Virus record (IMG/VR): IMGVR_UViG_3300032893_000047
Location: 1-61,102 of that record
DNA length: 61,102 nucleotides
Origin: a virus
Lineage: Duplodnaviria > Caudoviricetes
Strand: one strand, 5' to 3'
Each line of letters opens with the position of its first letter. The first letter of the stretch is position 1. The notes beneath the pieces are model-generated. The model had not been told where the DNA came from. It was given only the letters and a program-made list of their open reading frames with translations, and ran no database searches. Positions 38,495-47,546 of this stretch are shown piece after piece. Both the position numbers and the translations under genes were made by a program.

Positions 38495-40441
38495 ATGGAT
38501 AAAAAATCAATTATTGCGGAAATCATCAAACATCATAAAAAAACAAATCCACGACATAAATATAAACATCCGAAGCAAAGAATAAATCCAATAGCATATC
38601 AAAAGCAATATGAAACATTGGTTAAAAGCATATTTAATAAGTTCAAAGACATTACCGACAAAAAAGTATATAGCATTATTTCGTCATGGAAGGGCAGGGG
38701 GATAATTGACGAAGATGATCCCGAAGCCGATCTTGAAGATTTAGAAGATGACTTTGACAATGAACAAAATAAAATATTTAACATCGATGAAGATAAATTG
38801 AAAATGATGTTAATGGTGTTTGGATTGTCACTCGCAGTGTTTAATAAAACACAATTTGAAAAGATATTTGAAAAGGCGGTCGGGATACCCTATCCAATAG
38901 GCGGAATATCCGAAGATGCAATATTGAAATCATGGATATTTGGAAATGTCAAATTGATTAAGAATCTTACAAATGACTATAGAAAAAATATCGAAAATAC
39001 GTTATTCTATGGATATAAAAATAATGAAAGTGCAAGTACATTAACCGAAAAAATTAGTCAGATAGATGAAACATTTGAAGGTTATCGATCAGAACTTATT
39101 GCAAGAGATCAGACAGCGAAATTAAACGGGGATTATACAAAGGCAAGGCAGCAAGATGCGGGGATAAACACGTATATTTGGAGGACAATGGAAGATGAAA
39201 GAGTCCGCGGAGACCCATCTGGCAAATTCCCTGATCCTCAAGAAGGTGATAATCATTATTTAATGGATGGGAAATATTGTTCATGGGATGACGATACGGT
39301 TTATGCAGATACCTTAGAAGATGCACTTGCGGATAATTGGACACAAAGAACTTCGGAAATGGCTGAAGGACAGCCCGGATCAGCAATAAATTGTTTTTTA
39401 GGGCAAACGGAAGTCAGAAGTTACGTCCCTATACAAAAAATCTACAGACGTAACTATGTTGGTGAACTGATTCAATTTATTTTTGGCAAGACTGATTTTA
39501 CGTGTACACCGAATCACCCTATATTGAGGGCTGATGGCGTTATGGTTGCTGCTCAAAATTTGAATATCGGCGATAATATTTTTAATATTTGTTCTAAGGC
39601 AATCGATATTTCTAAAAATAATAATAAAAACGGAATATCCACTTTCAAGCAAACCTTTGATTTTTTTGCTAATTTTTATGAACCGATTAAAAGAAAAACT
39701 TTTATTGAAGATTTCCACGGCGATGGCATTCCCGACCAAGATATCGACATTATAGATATGGAATGCAAATTGGGGGACAGTTTTAAATCCATTCTTAAGC
39801 AATTCGATATTGAGAAATTCTTCTCCATCGCCAATCAAATGCTTAGTTTTTTGAGCGGCTCGAGCATATCCTTCACGACTATGTATTGTAGCGGGTTTTC
39901 CTCGTTTAACTTTATTTGCTTTTTCACAAAGCTTTTGCTTTTCTTTGAAGGACATATTTTGGAATCTGATAAAATTAGCCTGAGAACCATTTCTAATCTT
40001 AACTCCATTTTCAATGAACCGATCAGTAATGGTCTTACGGGAAATATTATATTTTTTGGAAAGGCTAAGAATACTTTCACCTTTGAAATACTCCGTGATA
40101 AGTTCTTTTTCAGAAAAATGCTTTCTATTGCAAGCCTCTCTATAATGATGAATAATAGAAATGCCTTTTTCCCTGAGATTAAAAGAAAGATTACCGCGAT
40201 CAACTCCCATGATTTCAGCAATTTCATTGATATTTTTCCCAGAAAGCATAAGTTTCTCCGCATTGACAAGAAGATCATTTGTGAAAACTCTTCTGTTCAT
40301 ATATACAACCTTCAAAATGATTTATCATGGTATAGCATAACCAAAAAAAATATTATTGTCAAGAATTGTCGTTGCTATGCCGAAGCCGTGTTTGAATCCA
40401 TAGACAATGAATCTGAAAATAATCAGGCAGGTGAAGAATGA
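38495..40441 (+). CDS. MuF/SPP1 gp7 head morphogenesis protein containing an intein
   Basis: LIARDQTAKLNG, YIWRT..DERVR, PG.AIN|CRC motif split by the insertion. Confidence 0.9.
   Translation: MDKKSIIAEIIKHHKKTNPRHKYKHPKQRINPIAYQKQYETLVKSIFNKFKDITDKKVYSIISSWKGRGIIDEDDPEADLEDLEDDFDNEQNKIFNIDEDKLKMMLMVFGLSLAVFNKTQFEKIFEKAVGIPYPIGGISEDAILKSWIFGNVKLIKNLTNDYRKNIENTLFYGYKNNESASTLTEKISQIDETFEGYRSELIARDQTAKLNGDYTKARQQDAGINTYIWRTMEDERVRGDPSGKFPDPQEGDNHYLMDGKYCSWDDDTVYADTLEDALADNWTQRTSEMAEGQPGSAINCFLGQTEVRSYVPIQKIYRRNYVGELIQFIFGKTDFTCTPNHPILRADGVMVAAQNLNIGDNIFNICSKAIDISKNNNKNGISTFKQTFDFFANFYEPIKRKTFIEDFHGDGIPDQDIDIIDMECKLGDSFKSILKQFDIEKFFSIANQMLSFLSGSSISFTTMYCSGFSSFNFICFFTKLLLFFEGHILESDKISLRTISNLNSIFNEPISNGLTGNIIFFGKAKNTFTFEILRDKFFFRKMLSIASLSIMMNNRNAFFPEIKRKITAINSHDFSNFIDIFPRKHKFLRIDKKIICENSSVHIYNLQNDLSWYSITKKNIIVKNCRCYAEAVFESIDNESENNQAGEE
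39398..40300 (-). CDS. HTH + Vsr/DUF559-like endonuclease encoded antisense within the intein
   Basis: About 300-codon ORF; two HTH-like segments; GEEFL..L...G....QF..IYNVDILV..IAVEI; GAAGG RBS before ATG at 40300. Confidence 0.8.
   Translation of the reverse strand: MNRRVFTNDLLVNAEKLMLSGKNINEIAEIMGVDRGNLSFNLREKGISIIHHYREACNRKHFSEKELITEYFKGESILSLSKKYNISRKTITDRFIENGVKIRNGSQANFIRFQNMSFKEKQKLCEKANKVKRGKPATIHSREGYARAAQKTKHLIGDGEEFLNIELLKNGFKTVPQFAFHIYNVDILVGNAIAVEIFNKSFSFNRFIKISKKIKGLLESGYSVFIIIFRNIDCLRTNIKNIIADIQILSSNHNAISPQYRVIRCTRKISLAKNKLNQFTNIVTSVDFLYRDVTSDFRLP
40334..40362 (-). promoter_or_regulatory. Antisense promoter overlapping the intein C-terminal splice junction
   Basis: Minus-strand TTGACA (40362-40357)-17-TATGCT (40339-40334). 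Confidence 0.65.
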
Positions 40442-40782
40442 TTTGTCAGACAAGAGAAAATAGACCAGATAAAAAATATAATAATAAATTAAATAGGGCG
40501 CTATTATTTGTCCCATATAATTTTAATGGTTATTTATTTTTTATTTCTGAAAATCATTATATGCAAAACTTTAGTCCGATTAAAAAAGCGGGACAAAATG
40601 AAAAATAAAACACAATGTGCAGATAAAAACAAAAGATTCGCTTATGAATGGAAATGGTTTCCAATACAATTATCGCATACGCCGAGTAGAGATGAATATT
40701 ATAGACTTGAGAAAGAATATAATAGATTAATAAATAAAGAATGTTTGATAATTGAAAAGCGATCGCTTATAAGAGGAAAAGA

Positions 40783-41016
40783 ATGAAAGATAAAATTATT
40801 CTTGGCGATGGGAAATATTTATTGAAAAAAAAATATAAGGGCAATCGTTATACTTTGAAAAAAGGAAGATTCTATGAGGGTGACGCGACCAAAGATTCTT
40901 ATGGGAAAATAATAGGCATAATGATTTTTTACAAAAAAACCATGTTTTTGATTTCTCCTGAATATTTTGATTTAAACAAAACAAAAAATATTGAATATAT
41001 TGCAATTTATAGATGA
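40783..41016 (+). CDS. Hypothetical protein
   Basis: GAGG RBS. Confidence 0.5.
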   Translation: MKDKIILGDGKYLLKKKYKGNRYTLKKGRFYEGDATKDSYGKIIGIMIFYKKTMFLISPEYFDLNKTKNIEYIAIYR

Positions 41017-41029
41017 AAAGTAAAAAAGA

Positions 41030-41326
41030 ATGAAATTATATGTAATAGAAGATTGTGGCGGTCAAGGGATGAATGACAATGGTGTATTAGCTGTTTTAGA
41101 TGAAGCAGAATATTTGAGACAAAAAAATGAACTTGAAGAAGAATGGTATATAGTTCATACCATAGAATTGAATGAATTTTATTCTGATGGCATAAGTAGT
41201 GCTCCTAAAGAAATCGAATTGAGTAATGAAGAATATGAAGAATTACGTAAATTAAAGAAAGAAGAACGTGAAAAATTAAGACAATCACCTTATTTGAAGA
41301 AATTGGAAGAAGAATATGTCAAATAG
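41030..41326 (+). CDS. Hypothetical acidic protein
   Basis: 98-aa ORF. Confidence 0.55.
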   Translation: MKLYVIEDCGGQGMNDNGVLAVLDEAEYLRQKNELEEEWYIVHTIELNEFYSDGISSAPKEIELSNEEYEELRKLKKEEREKLRQSPYLKKLEEEYVK

Positions 41327-41442
41327 CGAAAATTTTTGTCAGGAATGCGGGAAAAAAATAAAAAAGGACAAAATACTTTGTATTGATTGCCAGGCACTCG
41401 TTGGAGTTACTGAAAGTACTGATATAAAGGGGTATAGAACCG

Positions 41443-41661
41443 ATGAAATGTAAATATTGTGGTAAAGAATTGCCTGATAGGGAAAAAGGTAGGAAACAAA
41501 AACAATTTTGTAGCGATGAGCATAGGTCTAAATATCATCAAGAAAGAATACCATTACGAACGACCTCAGCGGAAAAAATAGAATATGAAATTAAAATAAA
41601 GCACTTAGAATTTATATCATTGTTAAATAAATACGGAGAATTGGAACGAAAAAGGATTTGA
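41443..41661 (+). CDS. Zn-finger protein (CxxCG...FCS..H)
   Basis: CKYCGKEL...GRKQKQFCSDEHR. Confidence 0.6.
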   Translation: MKCKYCGKELPDREKGRKQKQFCSDEHRSKYHQERIPLRTTSAEKIEYEIKIKHLEFISLLNKYGELERKRI

Positions 41662-41855
41662 TTTATGATTTTGACAGATAGACAAAAGGTTGAACTCGAA
41701 GAGGCAATCAAGGGATTGGAATACGGAGATATACTCATTAAAGCGAGATATGACAAAGTATCTATTGAAATCCACGAATCAAAGCGTATTGGAGAGAAAG
41801 ATATTGAAAAAATAGAACCAAATTTGAAATAATTTATTTTTTTAATAATTTTTAT

Positions 41856-41885
41856 TTGACAAAAAAATAAAAGATGTGATATTAT
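41856..41885 (+). promoter_or_regulatory. Promoter of the head/tail operon
   Basis: TTGACA-18-TATTAT with TGn. Confidence 0.65.
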
Positions 41886-41940
41886 TTGAAGTAACATAAT
41901 CATTTTCATAGAAATCCTCTCAAATAGGTAAAAGAACCAT

Positions 41941-41982
41941 AGGGAGAATCGATGATCACCGACATCGCTTCTCCCTTTTTTT
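41941..41982 (+). terminator. Intrinsic terminator in the head operon leader
   Basis: AGGGAGAA-TCGATG...CATCG-C-TTCTCCCT followed by a T-tract. Confidence 0.8.
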
Positions 41983-41998
41983 ATTTTTAGGAGTTGAA

Positions 41999-42463
41999 AT
42001 GCAGGGAAATCAAAACGTTATATCTTTTTTGAATCAAGCCTTAGTTTTTGAAAACGAAAGCCATGATGAATATTTGATTGTAAGACATCTTTACGAAAGC
42101 ATGGGATTTAAAAAAATTGGTAAATTTTTTGGTGATCTACATAAGGACGAATCCTCACATGCAAAAGAACTTATTGACAGAATATACTTCCTTGAAGGCG
42201 TCCCCGAGATGAATACTCCCCGGACAATTAATCAAACTCCAGACATAAAAGATCAACTTACATATAACCTTAAAAAAGAAAATGAAATGGTACTTAAATA
42301 TCGCGAAGGCATAAAAATTTGTGATGATGCATCGGATTATGATACCCAGGAATTACTTCTTGATTTGCTTGAAGATGAGACTGAACACGTTGACGAACTC
42401 GAGAAAGAACTTAATCGACTAAAACAGATGGGCGAAGATAATTATTATCAAGAAGGCAAATAA
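41999..42463 (+). CDS. bfr: Bacterioferritin
   Basis: Colinear with E. coli Bfr (from memory): E18, Y25, E51, H54, RI.FLEG.P, E94, E127, H130, MG..NY. Confidence 0.9.
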   Translation: MQGNQNVISFLNQALVFENESHDEYLIVRHLYESMGFKKIGKFFGDLHKDESSHAKELIDRIYFLEGVPEMNTPRTINQTPDIKDQLTYNLKKENEMVLKYREGIKICDDASDYDTQELLLDLLEDETEHVDELEKELNRLKQMGEDNYYQEGK

Positions 42464-44211
42464 TGAATATCGAAAATTTTGTTAAAACCTTAAATGACGA
42501 ATATGGCACTGGCTATACCATGCCGAATGTCCCAAAAGACGCTCCTGAAGGTTTGAAAAAAATGCTTAATGCAACTTATTCAAATATTCGTCAAAAATGG
42601 ACTGAAGCGCATCCGGACGATAAAGAAAATGAAGACAATAAAAGTTCGGCTGCGTCTATAGCATGGGAGCAAGTAAAAAAATATTATAAAAAAGATAAAG
42701 ACGGCAAATGGATTGCAAAAGAAAATAAAGATATTCACGATTCAAATTATTGTCATGAAGTTCTTATCAGAAATTTAAATGACTTTGAAGGCGGCACTTT
42801 CCATGAAGAATCTATTCAAGGCGTAGCCGGTGTATATTGCACAAAAGGCAGACTTGCAGAAACCGGAATTGAAGATATTCAATCCATGGAGTTTTCAAAA
42901 AGTCAGTTTACGCCGGAGCAAGTTAAAAAATATCTCGATGATAATAAAATCAATTATTTGAAATTAACCGTTGCAAAAGATGACGGCGAAACGATTATAA
43001 GCGTAAATCATATCGATATACTGGATGAAACGCAAAAGAATCTTTCAAAAAAAATGGTTGTTAACTCAGACGGATCAATTGAAGGTAAACCGATTGTCAC
43101 AAATATCGGAGTTTTCCAATATAGACAAAAAGACGGAACCGTTATTAGGGAATTAAGACCGCCTGAAGAAGTATTCGATGAAAACTCTTTGAATACGTTG
43201 AAAAACATTTCAATAACCAATTCTCATCCAGATCTGACAAAATATGAAACCGGGCTTGTAGATGAAACAAATAAGCATGAATTGGAAGTAGGAAAAACAA
43301 AAGAAGACGTTGAACATGACCATTATGCAGTAAGCGTCGGAGTTAAAATAACAGAAAAAAATGCAATACAGGAAGTAAAGAACGGTAAACGGGATATGTC
43401 CTGCGGATATAAAGCAGACCTTGATTTCACTCCGGGGAACTTCCTTGGAATGCCATATGACGCTGTTCAAAGAAAAATCAGATATAATCATATCGCCACA
43501 GTACCACGGGCAAGAGCCGGAGATTTGGCTAAGATGATTTTTGATTCGGATGATAATTGTTCAATATATGATGAATTTGATCTCGCCTCTGAAGGCGATA
43601 AATATAAAGGAGGATCAGATATGCCATTAAAGAAGGTTAAGATTGATGGCGTTGAATACGATGCAGAGGCAAAGGTCATTGAGGCTTATACCCTTGCAAG
43701 CGACAACGCAAAGACATTGCAGGTAAAGGTCGATGAAATGACTGTTAACAATTCAAAAGTTCAGGGTGAAAGAGATGCTCTGAAAGCAGAATTAGACAAA
43801 GTCAAAAAAGATTCAGTAATGAGCGATGAACAAATACAGTCACTCGTTAATGAAAGAATGAATGTTCTTTCGATTGCCAATGAATTGAAAATCACCGTCA
43901 AAAAAGACGAGAAGGATATGTCAAATCTTGAAATCAAAAAAGAGGTTATCAAGAAAAAAATACCGGCAGTTAAACTCGACGGCAAGGACGAGGTCTATAT
44001 TGATGCGATGTATGACACTATAGTTTTGACAATGAAAGAAGAGCCGGCGAAAAACAACAAAACAAAGGTTTTTGACGTCCCCGGAAAAACAAAGAACGAT
44101 TCAAGTGAGCCCGTAAAAAGTGCAGCCGAATTAAGACGTGACGCTTATCAACGCCAAATCGAAGAACTTGAAAACCGTCATACAAAACCAAAAGAACAGG
44201 TAAAGGAGTAA
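42463..44211 (+). CDS. DUF2213 prohead protease/scaffold with N-terminal ChaB-like domain
   Basis: ELRPPEEVF, ITNSHP, MSCGY, NHIATVPRARAG; coiled-coil C-terminus; N-terminal A..IAW..VK..Y.K..DGKW. Confidence 0.85.
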   Translation: MNIENFVKTLNDEYGTGYTMPNVPKDAPEGLKKMLNATYSNIRQKWTEAHPDDKENEDNKSSAASIAWEQVKKYYKKDKDGKWIAKENKDIHDSNYCHEVLIRNLNDFEGGTFHEESIQGVAGVYCTKGRLAETGIEDIQSMEFSKSQFTPEQVKKYLDDNKINYLKLTVAKDDGETIISVNHIDILDETQKNLSKKMVVNSDGSIEGKPIVTNIGVFQYRQKDGTVIRELRPPEEVFDENSLNTLKNISITNSHPDLTKYETGLVDETNKHELEVGKTKEDVEHDHYAVSVGVKITEKNAIQEVKNGKRDMSCGYKADLDFTPGNFLGMPYDAVQRKIRYNHIATVPRARAGDLAKMIFDSDDNCSIYDEFDLASEGDKYKGGSDMPLKKVKIDGVEYDAEAKVIEAYTLASDNAKTLQVKVDEMTVNNSKVQGERDALKAELDKVKKDSVMSDEQIQSLVNERMNVLSIANELKITVKKDEKDMSNLEIKKEVIKKKIPAVKLDGKDEVYIDAMYDTIVLTMKEEPAKNNKTKVFDVPGKTKNDSSEPVKSAAELRRDAYQRQIEELENRHTKPKEQVKE

Positions 44212-44214
44212 AAT

Positions 44215-45021
44215 ATGGGAGCATATAATTATATGGATTCCTGGATTCCAGGTCAATCGACTGAAGAAAATCAGGAAGTATTTTCCGTAAGAACCAGAGC
44301 CGCGCAGGAGGACATATCTTTCGGTAAGCCAGTTTGTGGTTATACCGGAGATGAATCAAAGGCATGGAATTACAAACTCGATACCACAAAATTGGTATTT
44401 TCTGGCGATTTGTCAGCCAGCAATTCGACCGTACTCACGGTAGACGGAGTAGCATTGACCGCAGTCGTATTTGCGACTACCCATTTGGCAGCGATGCAAG
44501 CATTAGCCGCTAAAGTCAAAGCCGCTACTTTTGTCGATGGACATGGCGATACAAAATATTATGATTGTATAATTGATCCAGAGGACGCAACGAATAGGAC
44601 TCTTTTGATAAGAGCAAAAGGCGCGACAAGCGTTTCTTCTGGCGTTGTTTCTGGCGGATCCGCCGTTACAATCACAGCAACTTATCAATCGGATCAAGTA
44701 TTTCTTGGAATATCATACTATTCCGCAAAAGACGTTGCCTTCAATGCAGCGGCGGCTTATGCGAAGTATTTCCAGAATCAGGATATCAATATTGCTGAAA
44801 AAGGAATTGTTGCAGTATACGTGAAGGGCACTATCCTTGCAGATAAGGTTGCTTACATTATGGCAACTTCAGGAGATTCAAAACTCGGATATTTCTATAC
44901 TTCCGGAGATTCTTGCAATGCCATTTTCAGATCAGATATGCAATTGATCGGAAGTGATTATCTGGCAGCCCTTGAGTTGAGAGGGATGGTAAAATTCCAC
45001 ACAGAAAGAACATGGTCATAA
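44215..45021 (+). CDS. Head decoration/cement protein
   Basis: Lies between scaffold and capsid genes; ISFGKPV...FLGIS. Confidence 0.7.
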   Translation: MGAYNYMDSWIPGQSTEENQEVFSVRTRAAQEDISFGKPVCGYTGDESKAWNYKLDTTKLVFSGDLSASNSTVLTVDGVALTAVVFATTHLAAMQALAAKVKAATFVDGHGDTKYYDCIIDPEDATNRTLLIRAKGATSVSSGVVSGGSAVTITATYQSDQVFLGISYYSAKDVAFNAAAAYAKYFQNQDINIAEKGIVAVYVKGTILADKVAYIMATSGDSKLGYFYTSGDSCNAIFRSDMQLIGSDYLAALELRGMVKFHTERTWS

Positions 45022-45034
45022 CAGGAGGGCGAAA

Positions 45035-46042
45035 ATGCCATTAAGTGTAAGAGTAACGGACGAAGATATACAGGCGTTTTACGATGAAAATCAACAAATG
45101 GTTGATTCGTTTCATGCCGTGAATGGAACAGTAATGTTTGACGATGTGAACCTGTCCGCTTTCTTTTTGAAAGAATTGGTTTCCATCGAATCAAGAACAT
45201 ATGATACGAAATTCAAAAAATTGAAATATGCCGAATTGTTACCAGTTGACACCTCGGACGATCCGGGTGCTAAGCACGTAGCATATCAGAAATATACCAA
45301 AAGAGGTCGGGCAAAGATCATCTCGAATTATTCGCAAAGTTCTCCGAGAGTCGATGTATTCGGCGAAGAAATATACGTCAAGGTATATCAGATCGGATCA
45401 TCTTTCGGATATTCCAGGGATGAAATAAGAAGTTCAAAACTTGCCGGAAAATCTCTCGATATGAAGAGGGCAGAATCGGCAAAACTTGCGATTGAACAAG
45501 AATTTGAAAGACTCGCATGGTCAGGAGATTCGGATTATCATATTTCATCGATGTTGGATTATCCCGGAATCAATGAATATGTAACACCGGATGGAATAAG
45601 CGGAGACCCGGAATTTTCAAACAAGACACCGCTTGAAATACTCGAAGATTTGAATGGATTGGTTTCAACCGTAATAAGTATCACAAACGGCGTTGAAGAG
45701 CCCGATACGTTGTTACTTCCAATCGATCAATACGAACTTATCAAAAATACGCCAGTTACCGAATTGGCACAGGCATCAATATTAAGATGGTTCCTTGAAA
45801 ACAACGTTCATATCAAAAGAGTTGATTGGCTTCCCGATCTTCATGGAGCGGGCGCAGGCGGATCTGATAGAATGATTTGTTATCCACTCGATAGGAATAA
45901 TCTCGCTTTCAAAATACCACTTCCATATACACAATTACCTCCGACTCAAGAAGGATATGGATTTGAAGTATTGACCGAAGCAAAATGCGCAGGGACGGTT
46001 ATCTATTATCCGTTATCAGTAAGTTTTAGTGACAATATCTGA
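45035..46042 (+). CDS. Major capsid protein (DUF2184-type)
   Basis: FFLKELVSIE..YD; GSSFGYS..E; PDTLLLP; GTVIYYP. Confidence 0.9.
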   Translation: MPLSVRVTDEDIQAFYDENQQMVDSFHAVNGTVMFDDVNLSAFFLKELVSIESRTYDTKFKKLKYAELLPVDTSDDPGAKHVAYQKYTKRGRAKIISNYSQSSPRVDVFGEEIYVKVYQIGSSFGYSRDEIRSSKLAGKSLDMKRAESAKLAIEQEFERLAWSGDSDYHISSMLDYPGINEYVTPDGISGDPEFSNKTPLEILEDLNGLVSTVISITNGVEEPDTLLLPIDQYELIKNTPVTELAQASILRWFLENNVHIKRVDWLPDLHGAGAGGSDRMICYPLDRNNLAFKIPLPYTQLPPTQEGYGFEVLTEAKCAGTVIYYPLSVSFSDNI

Positions 46043-46123
46043 GATTTGCATTAGGGGATGATATTTAAAATAGTTCTTTATTTTTATCTTTAAATATGTT
46101 AAAAAATATTTAGAGGTGATATT

Positions 46124-46891
46124 ATGAATAAAGAATTTGAAGGATGTATTTACGAAGTAGTATGCAGAGTAAATGGTAAGAAATATGTTGGTCAAACAAC
46201 AAATTTTAAACATCGGAAATCTTACCATTTGACTCCATCTACACACAAATATAATGCCAATCCATTATATTTGGATATAATAAAATATGGCAAAGACAAT
46301 TTTGAATTTAATGTTTTATTGGAGATAAAAGAATCTGATGAAAATATTTTTAAGTTCAAAATGCTTGAGCAAGAAAAATATTTTATTACGCTCTTTGATA
46401 GTATTAACAATGGATACAATTTAGAACTCGGAAATGAGTTGACGGCAAAAATGAAAATTCATTTAAGCGAGATTGCTAAAGGCAGAAAAGGATATTGGAC
46501 TGGCAAGCATTTGTCTGAAAAAATAAAACGCAAAATAAGTAAAGCACAAAAAGGCAAACCAGCATGGAATAAAGGTTTAAAATTAAACGGTTCTCAAAAA
46601 AATATGAATCGAGATAAAATTGGTAAACCTTCATGGAATAAAGGACTTATAAATGCTTATTCAAAAAAAACTCTCAAAAAAATGAGTGAAGGACGCAAAG
46701 GCAAATGTGCTGGTAAAGATAGTGGCAGGGCAAGAAAAGTTATAAATATTGATACCGGACTTATTTTTGACACAATACAAGAAGCGGCAAAATGTTATAA
46801 AATAACATATAGTAATATATCAAATTGTTGTGCGGGAAGAATAAAAACATCTGGCGGTTACCATTGGAAATACTTTGACGAACGAAAATAA
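46124..46891 (+). CDS. GIY-YIG homing endonuclease with NUMOD3/NUMOD1 repeats
   Basis: CIYEV...KKYVGQT; NGYN; PAWNKG repeats; C-terminal HTH. Confidence 0.9.
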   Translation: MNKEFEGCIYEVVCRVNGKKYVGQTTNFKHRKSYHLTPSTHKYNANPLYLDIIKYGKDNFEFNVLLEIKESDENIFKFKMLEQEKYFITLFDSINNGYNLELGNELTAKMKIHLSEIAKGRKGYWTGKHLSEKIKRKISKAQKGKPAWNKGLKLNGSQKNMNRDKIGKPSWNKGLINAYSKKTLKKMSEGRKGKCAGKDSGRARKVINIDTGLIFDTIQEAAKCYKITYSNISNCCAGRIKTSGGYHWKYFDERK

Positions 46892-46930
46892 AAGATCGTT
46901 GATCTTTTAAAAAAAACATAGGAGTTGAAT

Positions 46931-47545
46931 ATGCTTATTAACAATACCGATGACAGAGTTTTGGTTATGCCAAAGAAGGCAGGAGCAGACTCAAAGACAT
47001 CAAGTACGGTAAGGCTTATCCCCGGTATCAATGAAATCCCGACAGAGTTATGGACACAATTCAAGCGTCATTCTGGCATAAAGGCAAAACTCGATTCGGG
47101 AAAATTAATCGAGATCAAAAAGGATGTAGATAAGAAAATCGAAGCAAAAATCGAAAAAGATGAAACTGAATTTGCAAAAGAAATCGAAGAAGTTAAAAAA
47201 CTCAAACGCAAAATAAAGGCAAAAAGATTAAAGGGCGAAGACTTAACCGTAGCCAAAAAGAAAGTTGATGAGTTTGAGTCTGCTCATGACGCAATACTTG
47301 AAGACATTGCGGCAGAAGAATCCCAATATCTTGATCCATTATCCAATTTTGAGTCATTAACATCCGATGAAAAAGAAAAATATATTAAAGATTGTTATGA
47401 CGTTGAATTGTTGAACAAATGGAAAAAAGAAGACAAAAAAGCGGACTACAGAAGCCTTATTATTGAACAAATAGAATTCATCGAGACCGCTCCGACACAG
47501 GAAAGGATTGCATCACCTAAAAAACCAGAAGATTTGAGAAGGTAA
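46931..47545 (+). CDS. Post-capsid hypothetical protein
   Basis: GGAG RBS; LIPGINEI motif. Confidence 0.6.
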   Translation: MLINNTDDRVLVMPKKAGADSKTSSTVRLIPGINEIPTELWTQFKRHSGIKAKLDSGKLIEIKKDVDKKIEAKIEKDETEFAKEIEEVKKLKRKIKAKRLKGEDLTVAKKKVDEFESAHDAILEDIAAEESQYLDPLSNFESLTSDEKEKYIKDCYDVELLNKWKKEDKKADYRSLIIEQIEFIETAPTQERIASPKKPEDLRR

Positions 47546-47546
47546 C

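Larger units (their letters stand above)
39392..40366 (+). mobile_element. Intein (325 aa, Cys300-Asn624) in MuF
   Basis: Block A CFLGQTEV, block B CTPNHPI, block F/G HIYNLQ...NIIVKN followed by +1 Cys; removal restores INCRC. Confidence 0.9.

Noticed and set aside
46043-46920. Group I intron around the GIY-YIG gene
   Set aside because: The capsid gene ends normally before it and the flanks are too short for an intron core; treated as free-standing
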